Source: Phallusia mammillata (taxonomy: Eukaryota). Taken from it: 64,000 bases of DNA. Location of the stretch: positions 28,024,001 to 28,088,000 of the forward strand of contig OZ281496.1 of assembly GCA_965637545.1 (NCBI GenBank). The letters run 5' to 3'. This document shows positions 26,001 through 38,814 of the stretch, in pieces. The notes below the pieces were generated by a model, which ran no database searches, was not told where the DNA came from, and saw only the letters and a program-made list of their open reading frames with translations. The position numbers and the translations under genes were made by a program. How positions within the stretch are numbered: position 1 is the stretch's first letter; every line of letters starts with the position of its first letter.

Positions 26001-29000
26001 AACCTACACCGGTAATATTTGTTACCAGTTGCAATGATAGGACCTTAGGTCATGGGCGCCGGAACATAAAGACAAAAGGCGGCACTTGCCCACTCTTGCA
26101 AAACTTTCTGGCGTCGTCTATTGCTTTCCGTAGAAACCGTGTGCAGTTCATGCAGTTTACTGAGCAAACATTATGTTTCGGCAGTGGGACTGGCCACACC
26201 GAAGCCTTGGAGTGTTCTACTACTCGCAAAACCAATTTCTGCAGCTTTCAAACACCATATCTCCTGTTAGATAATATGAATGTTATTGTGACAGCATGGA
26301 ATAAACTCGGCGTAGCGTCTACTTCAATACAGACTATGGTTGCAAGTATGTGTACTATATTTGCTACCGCTGCAAGCCGAGGTTACAACTAAACTATCTT
26401 TTTGTTTTAGGAGTAACGCAACCCCTGACCAAACTTGTCGTCAGTAACGAAGATTTAAAAGATTTTCGAAACGCCAAAATCCGAATCGAAATCGGCAATG
26501 TTCCCCTGTTTAAATGTTATACATATCACTATGAGGTACAGATAACTCTTATATATGAATTCTATGAACAGTTTAAGAGAACAGTCACTAAGAGTAACAT
26601 ATATACGTACAATGCATTGAGAAGTATAAAAAAGTAGTAAAATCCTAACACTAATACGTTTCTAACTAGATATTTCTTACAACAGTATAGTCTCTGCCTG
26701 CTTTAAAGACTGTTTATTTCAAATTGTTTCCTTTTTACTTGCAAGTATCATGATAGTAACATTCTTCTACACGCATTTGTCAACATGTCGACAGCGTCTT
26801 ATCTAAAAGGCACAAAATCGTTTTTGCAGTTGCAGATCCAATATTCTAACGCGCCGATAGCGAATGTAAAATTCCAGCAACGCGAGAAGTTTGCAATTTG
26901 GGACGAGTGGAAAAAGTACGGGCTCGAGGCAATGTATATGCGGAGAAGTTACGAGGACTTTAAATTTTGGAAAGGATCACAGAGCATCAAAAACTTTTCT
27001 TGTTTTTCCGACGTGAGTAAAAATAACAGTATTGTACGTTAATTACGTCAAAGGCAGAGGTGGGATTCAAATTTTTTGTCTTCCGGTTCTATCACAAAGT
27101 CATATTTTTCAGCCGCTTCTGTTACAAAAAGTACATTGACAGTAACCAGTAATGCTAACCGGTTCGCTGGTCTCATAAAATTTAGTGAGACGGTTTAAGA
27201 ACCGGTTCGAACCGGCTGAATCCCACCACTGGTCAAAGGTGTTTAGCCTTTTGTCTCTTTTGCAGTTCTCTTCTTCGGTAACGTATGTCGATTGTCATCA
27301 TACGTTTAGATTAAGTTCTTAAATGAATCTTATATGATGGCATAACCGAACCTTTTTAGATAAACTGTCAATCCCTGTCAAATTAAATCCATACATACAC
27401 ATATTTGTAATATTATGCTGGGCCTACGGGGCGTTTTCAATCAATCTGCCGTTCCAGCATTGTAGAAGTCCTAGGTCTAAATCCAATCGGTAAGTTAAAG
27501 GATTGTGGAAAAAAATACGGTTTATCGTTAAAATCGTATAAATAGGCAGTTGCTGTCAGGCATGTATAAACGAGTATTACTCTTCCAGCAGTTTGTTTAC
27601 AAATAACCGAAGTTTCGACGTCCCATACAGATAACTCTTATATATGAATTTTATGAACAGTTTAAGAGAACAGTCACTAAGAGTAACATATATACGTACA
27701 ATGCATTGAGAAGTATAAAAAAGTAGTAAAATCCTGACACTAATACGTTTCTAACTAGATATTCCTTCGTCAGGAGACGCCTTCGTCAGGATAATGTATA
27801 TCTTGAACGACAAATTTTTGTATAAAGGTAAACCCGTATGACTGATATGGTATTTTCATTTGGGCATTAAACTCCTCTTATCGACACACATTGATAGGGT
27901 TAAACCTAAGCGCACCTTGCGGGTCATTCTAGGGAAATCACTAATCACGTACGTGTTTGGCGTTTATGCAGTTAACAATTCCTGCTCCCGGCAACACAAC
28001 GGTAGCTGTCCGTGGCAGCTTGCTTTACGACGACCAGCAGTTTGCTGCTTACTGGAGTAGCTACACTGACGCCGTGGTGTTGAGAACGCAAGTCACTGCA
28101 CCTCAGAGACCTAAGTTGACTGTTTTGTGGATAAAAAGCGGTATGTATAAAGTATTTAACTATGGCGTGTATAATTTAAGCTGTGTGGGGGTACTGCGCT
28201 GTGGTGTGTGACTGTGTATAATAAGCTGTATTCAAGTGCTTTGTTGTGGTGTGTGTAAAAAGCGATATGTAAGTAACTTTCTATAGCTGCATTTAGGTGT
28301 TGTTTCATGCATACAAATGCTTTGGACATATAGTTTAACCCAGTGGTTCTCAAACTTTTTTTGTTGCGACGCCTCTGGAAAAGTTTTCTGGACTTGCGAG
28401 ACACCAGTAAATAAAAGTTAATCAGGTAACTGTTTATTAAAGTTGTGTTTATTGATACAACAACAAAAAGCCACGAAACGGAAATATTCTGCGACGCCTT
28501 GGAAAATTTAAACGACGCACAGTTTGAGAACTACTGGTTTAACCGAAAGTTGTCCTGGTTATTAAACGGTTCCGGCTTGCTAGTTATATTTCAGAAACCA
28601 GCTTGTTACAGTTACACCGAATTTAGATTTGAATGCTTGTTTTTTGCACCATTAGGACAAGCCGAGAAAGAGAAAAAATCGGATATTGCAGTTGCCTTGT
28701 GGTCCACAGTAAGTTCAAAAACGTTTGTGTTTAGTTCTAATCTCATTTTTGTTTAGATTTAAAAACAGTATATCTACAGCTCTCACTGTATCTTGTAACA
28801 AATGATATGAACATTGCTCGCTTAGATTTAGGGGTTACCGTTATATGACTTTTAGAACTTTTCAAAACTTGCCTCGAAATTCGTTGGTTTAGGAATCATG
28901 TACCTTTAGTTTCTTGTATTGAGGGTCACTTGGTATGTTTAAAGTTTTTGGGTGATTTAGAAAACGCACACCAGAAAACATTAGGCGAGTTTGATCGTTA

Positions 29001-32000
29001 ACGGTTTATCTACTGTTTGTTCCCACTTTTTCAGCCCACGCTTGAAAGGTACCGCAATGTTGCACTGAGGGAATACGTATTGAACTCTTCATGCCCGAAG
29101 TAAGTGCTTCAAAAAAGCATTGCACTTTTCTGTGCTGCATTTGCATGTTCAAGTTCCCGAAAAGTCAGAAGTTATATAAGTAGACCTAAAGTGGTTTTGA
29201 GGGTTAACAAATACGCTGAATTTGTATATTGAAGTTACCGAAAAATTTGGGGGTTAAAAACACTCCAAAAGGTCAAAACTTGGGCTACCTAAATGAAATT
29301 ATAGCCTTTTCTGGTTCGCTGGGTGTGTGGTTCGGCAGAACTACTAAGTCTAAACCCGTTTGTGCAGAAGGGGGTTGCGCCTTATATAAGTGAAAGTGTA
29401 TGTTTGTATAGTAAATGCAACCAACGGGAAAAAACGGTTACACAAAAAACCTTTGATTCAATTAGCAAGGGGAGCGTGTCGGACTTACAAACTTGAACAC
29501 ATAAAAACTTGTACTATTTTTTCTGTGCTGTCCGTTGTCACCATGAACAAGAGAAACGAAACAAAACTATTAAGAATTGAACAAAACCGTTAAAACAAAA
29601 CGGCCCCCGGTTTGTCAATCGCGAATGTCGAGCAATCACTATGTGCAATAGTAAAAAACTTAACTAAGATTTGAAATTGTAGCACTATATTTCTGCCAGT
29701 TCCAGCAACCACCCTTTCGGGGTGATAAGATGAACAAGTGTTAATGCAGACCAGCAATCACGACATTCTCATATATGAATCATCGTTATACCGAATTAGC
29801 CCAGTCTGTCCCAAGCATTCCCATGTGGCAAAAAAAACTACTTAAAAAAATTCTGGCCAGCGGTAGGATGCTAACCCACTACCGGTGCCTTTCGTTGTTT
29901 TCCACGTTTTATAGTGTTGAATATATGGCAGAGCAAAGGACGGCCGGCAAACTTCTCTCGCTGCTTGCAAGGTGGCGGTTTCTGGGAGAAATGAAATCGG
30001 GGACTCGAATCCAGCAGAAGTGGTCCTGCGAGAAGGTAGATTAGTTTAAGTGAAATGTTACATTGAAAAGTGGAACATTTGGCGGCATCGTTATTAAAAC
30101 GTTTTCTCTTGAAAGAAATTTCGAGTCTTAAATTTGTTTAAAAAAAATTGTTTAAATTTGATTCCAAACTATGACATCACAAAACGACTACGTCACGAAA
30201 CCAAAAACGAAATTAACCTCTTGAAATGTCAAAATTAAGCATTTGGGCTAACTGCCTACAGATTTGGAACCACAAATTTAGACTTGATTGCCTAAAATCA
30301 AGTGTCTCGATTTCAATGATATATCTAAACTTTCAACAGATTTACACAAATTGCAAAATCTTACACTGGAAGTGGTCAATTCAACCACTGCTGCCATACG
30401 CTTTGAGATGAGTTGCAACAACTGCAATGAATCGATACCACAAGTAGGTGAACCTCATGTTTGTCTAATTACGTTTGTTTTTTGACTGCAAAATGGTTGT
30501 GTAATAGATTGAATTTTAAGCTTCGCCCCCAATTTACAAAAATGGACCCATTGTACAATAACATTGCAGTCCCCTGTAGATTAATATAATTTACTAATTA
30601 AAGATAATAGTGGTACCAGAATTGTCAATAATCAATACAAAACCTTGTTTAGTTCCAGGAATTTCGTACAGCAGAAATATTCACCACTTAAATTAGTATT
30701 CTTTGCGTTAATCCCATGACCAATTGCTATTCGATTTCGCGAAAAGAATGCCGCAGTCTTTATGGAAATATAGGAACAGGTTGATTCACTTAATCATATG
30801 TTTATATGACTAGATTAAAATATAAGGACGAGATTTTACCAGATATACGTTATGCATAGTTGAAAAATTCCAAAAAGAACACGAACCATCTCAAACAGAT
30901 ATTTCATATTTTTAGACATCAGAAAATGAGGTGGAAATATTTTTTTGGCCTGTGAGTGTTAACTGGTATAATCTGGGGTCGCTAGGAAAACAAGCTCAAC
31001 CAGGTTTTCAAAACCGGTAAGATTCTTGAATTCAACGCTTTAAGTCTGGTGGGACCTCACAGTTTAATGTGTTTTTGCATGCAGGGTTTGGAGAATAAAC
31101 GCCGATAGCCAGGGCCCGTACATGAAGACTTTATCTAACGAAGAGAATGACAAGGCCACATTACCAACTGTATCTAGGAAACCGTAAGTTGAACATGGAT
31201 TACCATAATAATAAGAGCAGCACGATAAATACAGTAAAAGTATGACATTTCACTATACATGTCAAACTCCGCCACAAACATGTTAGGATCCTGACGATTT
31301 TGTGGGTATATTAATTGTAATTGTTCACGCCCGTGTCTGGCCCTCAAAATAGTGGTTTTGCAATCAGCTATCTTTAACTATAGGTGGTCTACGAATCGAC
31401 TTTTAGCAGTCTACCATAAGCAAGGCAAAGTCGTGGGAAAACGCCAAAGGAGTATACCCAGTTGGTCTCCGGCGTAGTGATCGTTATCGTTATGTGGTTT
31501 TTCACCTTTTATTGCTGCAAGCTATTGCAACTGTTGACTGCTCTGACCTTGTTCAACACACAAACGTAGCGATTGGCATTTTCAGTTGAAACTGGCTAAA
31601 GAGCACGATGTGTATTGCCTGGTCTATTGATATGTTTTACTCAGCTGTGTAATAATGACGTACAAAACGCTAAAACATCTGGTTGTTTGGAAAAGGCAGA
31701 GTTGATTTGCGATAAAGTTCGCGGAAACTGTGAACCAACAGGTCGATAAGTTCTCAATAACAAACAGATTGTGGTTTTTAAAATGAAATACCACACTTTT
31801 GCTTTTCTTGTATTACCAAAACTAAACGCAGAGATATACTTCATGATAAATGCACTGACCTATATTGTACTATATATACTTTAGAATTTTAAAAAACTAA
31901 ATATCATCAATCATCAAGTTATTAAACAACATCATATAGTTTATTTTTATCGGAACGGAATTATTACGGTCAATTAAAACGGCAGACATTAGACAATGTT

Positions 32001-35000
32001 GTGGCAGTTTTGGTCATTGTGGGTATTTTTTAAAAAGTACATGCATAAATCTAAATTCAAACCATACTTTTCACCAAAATTTACACTTTTATGTAAAATT
32101 TAAAAATAAACGTGTCAGTTGGCTTTGCATCTACAATACTTTTTAGGTTTTTAATTTTTTTTATCTTTAGTGATGAACCATCACCCGCGATTGAAGATTC
32201 ACAATTACGTTCTTTGACAGTTCCATTTGCCAGGTGAAAACAATAAAGGAAACACGCGTCTAGTCTTATTCAAAGGGCTGAATTTTGGGCTGTCAATAAA
32301 TACGCTTGAAATAGACAGACAATTTGTTTAAAGTAACTGTCTAAAACTAATTAATTACAAAACAAATTTGCCTTCCTCACATTTTTACCGTTGGTGTTTT
32401 CGCAGAGGGAGCGGAACGGAATACTCATCCTATTTGACATTTTCCTTCAAAGCATTTACAGCCTATAAGTTTGCAGTCGCCTTGAAGGCCGATGACAGAA
32501 ACATTGGCCCAGCTAACGAACTGCCATCAGCCTATTTTTTTACTACAGCAGGTACGTTTGATGTTGCAAAAGGCTTGGTATTTCTCGAACTTTATGTGCC
32601 CGTGATTTCCTTTTGTTTTACTTAAAACTGTGCATTTTTTAACAGTTTAATGTTTCCTGGTTGCCTAAATCACCATTTAAAATATTTTGAGCAAAATACT
32701 ACATATTAAGCTACCGCGTAACGATGACAACAACATTTAAAATATTGTAATGTTTATTCGAAACAGGTGGATTTTTGTGTGTTCAAGGTTTTTTTTTACA
32801 CTCAAAACATTTAGAGTTTTTATTCAAAACATTCAAACAAAATTGCCAATAAAGGAAAATTATTCAACTATTTTCTTGGCTGTATTGCTTCAACCTTGGG
32901 ATAGCATTTTCTGTGCTGTTGTCCTTTTAGCCCCGAAAGCTGAGCCACACGTGAAATTGAATCAGATTGCCGACGATGCTATACAAGTGACCTGGAGTGA
33001 CCCACCACCCGACCAATGGCACGGAACCATCCAGGGTTACACTGTGTACGTGTCGGAAGACAAAATGTGCGGACGACGCACAAGAACCACACGCAAGGGG
33101 AACTCATGCAAATGTTAGGGTTCATTGTATGATACCAGGAATATTTCATAGACTTTTCTTAGTCTATCCGACAAATATGTACAAATCCGTTCAGGCAGTT
33201 GAAACGTCGCAGGACTTGTACATATTTGCCGGATGAACAAAGAAAATTATATGGCGTTTAGCGCTTTTCTTGTTTAAACTTGCCCATTTTTGCGGTTAAA
33301 CATTTCTCCGCAGCAGAAATAACCAACCGCAGCTCAAGTGAACGTGCCTTGCGGTTTTCATGCACTTTGAGCGTCTTGGGATCATGTGTTACAAATAGAA
33401 ACGACCTAGTTGTGGAAAACACTGGTATTTGGTTACTCCACTTTGCTGACACTGCGTTGTCGGTTGGTTCACTCCCCTTACGTGTTTTACATTTGCCCCA
33501 GATTCCTGTTTGTCGCCTGAAAGGGTCGAAAACAAGTCCCTTCATCGTCAAGGTGACCTTGGGGAAGATTGGAAGTTTCAACAAACAGGTATCTTTGAAC
33601 CTACTCCTAACTTCTGTGAAAAGTTCTACATAAGCACTGGTACTCAACATTTACATGATCTTTTTTCAGCGGCTAAATTAGCGTTTAACTATTAACTGAA
33701 GCTTTCGTGTTGCTGGGTGATTCTACTTGCCCACATCTACTCAAGAGGCAATACTTTTTTTTACAAAATAATAGTTTCTGGGGGCCATTTTGAGCCAGTG
33801 CCCTAAAAAGGAGACGATTTCGCCAAATAGGTTTAAGACCCCTGGTTTAGCCGATATAACCTATAACTAAAAAAACTTTGGGCTATAAATTTCAATTTAG
33901 GTCATTCAAATCCTTCAGAATAGGTTTCCAAAAATGTGTGTAACAAGTAACTAAAATTATATTGATACGTTTGGCATCCATATTCACATCTTCCAACGTA
34001 GATGCAGTAGTATGCAACACCAGTTGTTATAAGTGTCTAATTAACCATCTTAAGGCTATTCCATGTAGATAGAGAGCAAATGGTCTTATTTGCTGAGATT
34101 AACACAGTTAAAACTGCAAAGGTTAATAGAGCCCTGAAATAAAAGATATAGGTACAATTAAATTTCCGATTGTACAAAAGGTCGATTCTACACGAAAACA
34201 GATCTAACGTTGTGGTGGTTTCACCAGACATTTGCGCACTCAAGCCAAGCTGGAATGGAAAACGCCCTGTAAAAAGCAAATGGGAGGAAAGTCCGCAGTC
34301 AAATACCGCGGTTAAACCTGTGGGCGTTCCTATGTGTTCCTATGTATGAACAAACAACAGCAATAAAACAAAACTCAAAGGGTGCTTGTTTGGCGGACAT
34401 GCATTGTATTCTTCTTCTGAAGTAAAAATGTCTTCTACACTGGCAAAACTTATATTAACACACAAAACTTTATGTTGTGAATTCAGCACATAGGAAAACG
34501 AAACTGCTCAAATTTATATGGAAAGATTTCCGGAAAATTTTAAACAGTTTAATGCATCATCTTTACACTAAAATATCATCTTCACAAAAATCTCCTTTAC
34601 ACTCTAATAACTTAACTTTTAGATTTGCTGAAAGCCGTATATGGTTCATACGACCATTCCAGCACCATTGGTGGGCTCCAACCTGGACGTATGTATTATG
34701 TTCGTGTTTCTATGTGGAACAAACACGGCGAAGGTCCGTGTGATGCGGTGGAAAAGATATGGTGGACCAGAGAATTTAGGTTGGTTTGTAAATGTTACAA
34801 GTTAGTAACGAACTGTTTTTAGTAACGATAGAGAAAACTCAATGATTACTACCCTACTACTTGACATTTTACTAAAACATCCTTAATTACTACCTTACTA
34901 CTTGACATTTTGGTAATAACCTCGATGATTACTATCTAATTACTATACACTTGATTTTTTGCTAAAAAACTCGATACTTGGTACCTAATTATTACTTGGC

Positions 35001-38000
35001 TTCTTGCTTAAAATTGAAGATTAATTACTACCTTATTAGTCAAAAATACATGCTCACTTCAAACTGACCAGTTGATATTTTTTTCTAAAAGAATCGCTGA
35101 CTACCTACTTACTTGACTGTTAAGGCCTTTGGCTACAAACTTATTTGGCGTCAATACATTTACATACAGTGCCGCATCGGTGGTTGGTATTTGTGCCGGG
35201 GTCGTGGCTTTTCTCATATTCTTTGGCGCCATCATCACAAAGCGCAACAAAATACGAAGAACATGGTGCCCGAAAATCCCCATGCCAGATTTTGCCCCGT
35301 CGCTGGTAAGCTCAAGCTTTTTCTTTGTGTTTGATTTTTATTTGAGTCTCGATATAATTAACTTTGGATTTAAAACTATTTTGTCACCTGACTTAAGAGA
35401 CACGCTCATTAGCTAAATAGTTTTGTTTATAATTTTTTCTGTCCGGCAAAATATTGTTCTCGGATAATAATTACTTATTGGGGGCAATGGTAACATTTTG
35501 GGGCCACGTGTATAAATTTTTTATAAAATACAATAATTTGTTTGGCCAAACGGGTCCTAATTTGACTAATGCCAGTGAATTAAACCAAACCATAAGTTCG
35601 GTGCTTTGGGAACTGCAGTGTTTTATGTCGCCCTAAGAGACCCAATAGATTCACGTCAATGGATAAAAAATATTGGTAAACACTTTAAAATACAACCTTG
35701 AACATAAAGATTATATTTGATGGCCGTGAGTCGGAAAAATTTCTTGAAGTCGGCAAAGAAACGATTGACTTGTTGAAGAACTATAAATCAACACATGGGG
35801 TAAGAAAAAAGTGTCCTTAAATTTATTCTATTGTGAACCCTATGTGTCCAAAAGGTCAGTTTCCTTAAAAAGTCAAGGTAAGGCGGTTGGTTAGTGACTG
35901 CCAGTAATCAACAACTAACCGAGAATGTTGAAAAACAGAAATCAAATACATCAACAGAAATGTACGGTGAAAGGTTACAAATATTCAAACCGTGACGTCT
36001 CTCATACAGAGTTGTAAGTCGGATCACGCTTTTGGGTTTCGGCCTCCGGCTTTAGACTTGTACTGTCTTCAATTTCTGTTCTGAGCATAAAAATGATTCA
36101 ACCCTGAAATCCAACTTCGTCACAGGGTCGTATATTCACTTGCTTAACACGAGTGTGCATTTATATAGGGTGAATATTGGTTTGGCGTGTGTAGTTGTAC
36201 ATTCCAAAGATTTTTGTGTGTGACTTTAATCCAAATTATGCATTCGGTAAACTTTTGGTCATGATGTGAGCTTGTGAAGCAACTTTGGCTTTAGGTATAA
36301 ACGGGCCCGCTTTTAAATTACATATGTTGTAACTTCACACGCCGGCCTAATATTTGAATTACAATGTATGATATGTCAGAACAAAATTTCCACTCTAAAA
36401 CTGTTTTGTCAATTACAGCTGTCAGAAAACGAACCCAAGGCTGATACACCTTTTGTTGTAAGGTCAACAGCTTTTAAAATGCAAAAGCTTGAGAATTGTG
36501 ATAAGGTTTGTGTTTTAAATCAGCTTAAAAAAATAGATAACAGTCAATCACATCAAAAGCATTAATTAGGTTAAGAGCCTCTTATTTCAAGATTTCCAAT
36601 TCGTATATTTTGACTGAATAAAGACCGCTATACAAATGGATGTATTTACCGTGTATAACTAGTGTTTTGCTTGACTTTGTAACTCTATTTTAATTGTTGG
36701 GGTAGCCTGACATGGTAACTAACTTCTTTTCAGATCCAGCATAAACCTAACCATTTTTCTCAAACCTTACTAGCAAAATGCTGTATTTTTCAAAAATTTA
36801 GATTGTTTTTAGATGTCTGATGACGGAATTGCTTTAAAAGATGACTTGATGACCAATGAAGACGACTTTGTGTCAGCCTTAAAGAAAACATACGGTAATA
36901 GACAATCTGCTTATGGATGGATCGAATACTCAAAATATGCCATATTATACGTAACTTGGACTCAATTTACGAATAAACTATAGTTTATTCTTCTATAGAA
37001 GAAGCTGTAAACTTAAGATATATAACAAAATAAGATTTTTAAATAACATTGGTGCAAAAGCATCGAGCCAATAAGTTGTGACATCGAACAGATTAGGTGG
37101 GGCATGAGTTTTTACCCTGTTACTCCCAACAAACTAAAGTGCCGTAGGGTGGGTACACTAGCTCTCGTCACCAGCTGCACTTATAGGTCAAATCAATGTG
37201 CACTGTCTGCAGTTTAACATTAGTATCCTGTAATAAATCGAACTTTAAGACCTAATTCGGAAATTTTGCCTTAATGCCGCGTTTCAAGCCTTAGTTTGTA
37301 AATAAAAATATGTGCATCATGAACAGGTGATCGATGCATTTGCGGCAGCGTTGATACACTGGATAGTGAAGGTTATACCTCGCCTGAAAACGCATTGCGC
37401 ATTAGCGCCAACCAGCAACGGAGACGGGCGGTAAGCTTCCCAGTGTTTACTTTTTATGCAGCAAGTTTGCTGCTGTTTATTTAAACTTATTTCGCTTGGT
37501 GAAAGAACACATAGCGAGACAATTGCACTAAAACAATCAAGAAGCCGGAAATAGCTGCGCAACGTTTAGAAACGTTATGGGGCGCAAAATAATGGATCTT
37601 ACAATTTGTGGCTTATGAATAAACTCGCTGCAGCTACACCGTATTATGATTATAAAGCATTATGTGGCAGGAGCTCACGAGTAAGTACGTTTGTCGTAAG
37701 TGAGTGAAACACGACTGGGGTTAAAACATTTGTGGAACTAGTCGGGGAAAAGGATAATACTAAAGTTACCTTTATGGTTTACACTAGTTTTAAAATTAAA
37801 CTAGGCGGCTATTATTTTAATTTATTGCAATTAAATGTTTTTGAAACGTGTACAGCAATCTGCGAAAGACTCTGGATTGGCCACGTGCAGTTCTACATTG
37901 GATGGGAATGAGTGACCGTAAAACAACCCAATATTTACTACCAGCATCAGCATTCACCAGCTTTGTGCTTTGCTTATGTAATTAGTTTGTGCATTACGTG

Positions 38001-38636
38001 TGCTCAGCTTATTCGTTAAGCTTAATAATTGAGATTTTTGGGGGCTTTTGTAGTAACATTTTTTTTTAAATGTGGACTAACATCGCTTGGAGCTAATGCT
38101 GAAACCATCTAAGTCTATTTTTTTTAATTTCTATACTTAACTTGGGTTTCTTCAAAAAAAACGGGCTTGATTCGGGCCTGACTTTACACTCTGTGTCAGT
38201 ATTTTTTTGAATAAATTTAACGAGCTAAGTAGCCAGTTGTTGGACCTGATTTAAGGTCAAAGAGCCCTAAAACCACTCGATTACGACCAATCGCCCATTG
38301 TGTTTGTTGTATTGGTCTTTACTGAGGGTTCAATGTATAGGCATGTCAATCAAACTTTCGGGCCTAAACGAGCTTCTAATAAACGATTCGGTTTCGGGCT
38401 ACAATTTCAGGCCCGTTTACAACCCTGGTCCACAATCCCGCCGAGATTTTGTGAGCCCCAACAGTCACTTCCTTGTCCCTTTTTTCTCAAATGCTTCAAA
38501 ATGTAAATATAACGCTGGTTACACATATCCGCCTTTTTCTGATCTGACCAAAGTGGAACACCTGATTCAATCGCCAACTATGAAATACATATACTTCATA
38601 CATGATCATTTGGTTTGTCTGTCATACAGCAAATAA
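23066..38636 (+). CDS. gp130/IL6ST-like tall class I cytokine receptor (signal peptide, Ig, CHR, 3x FN3, TM, Box1)
   Basis: Phase-consistent exons 23066-23132 (signal peptide MNFKCVLIPCLSIAAACF), 23858-23988, 24517-24597, 24946-25048, 25526-25676 (PPVAPFNVSC..IWCWW), 26185-26345 (EC..FC..VIVTAWNKLG), 26411-26535, 26830-27012, 27972-28140 (YWSSYT), 28656-28708, 29035-29099, 29932-30035 (VSGRNEIGDS), about 30340-30445, 31085-31183, 32406-32551, 32931-33113 (VTWSDPPPDQWHGTIQGYTVY), 34623-34779 (GLQPGRMYYVRVSMWNKHGEGP), 35125-35305 (TM plus Box1-like WCPKIPMP). Exons near 29.8 kb and 30.5-31.0 kb, the cytoplasmic chain (36813-36894 onward) and the stop position are less certain. Confidence 0.85.
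27055..27231. mobile_element. hAT MITE family A, copy 2
   Basis: TIRs CAGAGGTGGGATTCA / TGAATCCCACCACTG; perfect 8-bp TSD GTCAAAGG. Confidence 0.9.
27600..27800 (-). ncRNA. Interrupted hammerhead-ribozyme-like motif (Penelope-type), probably inactive
   Basis: Removing the insert gives, on the minus strand, CUGACGA-A-GGCGUCUC-CUGUAU-GGGACGUC-GAAA-C-UUCG-GU. Core boxes, an 8-bp stem II and a minimal stem III are present; stem I pairs poorly. Confidence 0.45.
27626..27763 (+). repeat. 138-bp direct duplicate of 26537-26674
   Basis: Base-by-base match with 2 substitutions; the copies are 1089 bp apart, in different introns of the receptor gene. Confidence 0.95.
28341..28536. mobile_element. hAT MITE family B (CAGTGGTTCTCAAAC TIR)
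   Basis: TIRs CAGTGGTTCTCAAAC / GTTTGAGAACTACTG; 8-bp TSD GTTTAACC. Confidence 0.9.
34838..35110. repeat. Degenerate intronic minisatellite
   Basis: Recurrent ATTACTACC..TACTTGACATTTT units of roughly 40-45 bp just upstream of the TM exon. Confidence 0.6.
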
Positions 38637-38814
38637 AAGTATATTTCTACATTACAAAAATGAATGCACCAAAAAAATTGGTTAACAAAACAGGATATTA
38701 TCACAACTTATTTCTGACATAAAATGTTTTGTTAAGCAATATTTGCTGAATCCCTCGTCACAACGCATTCATAGAGATGCTCCCGAAATAGGAACATAAT
38801 ATAACGTAAAATCT

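Noticed and set aside
33258-33650. Overlapping 130-aa (-) and 117-aa (+) ORFs in a receptor intron
   Set aside because: No recognisable domain, both start on non-ATG codons, and no splice fit; probably chance or decayed repeat.
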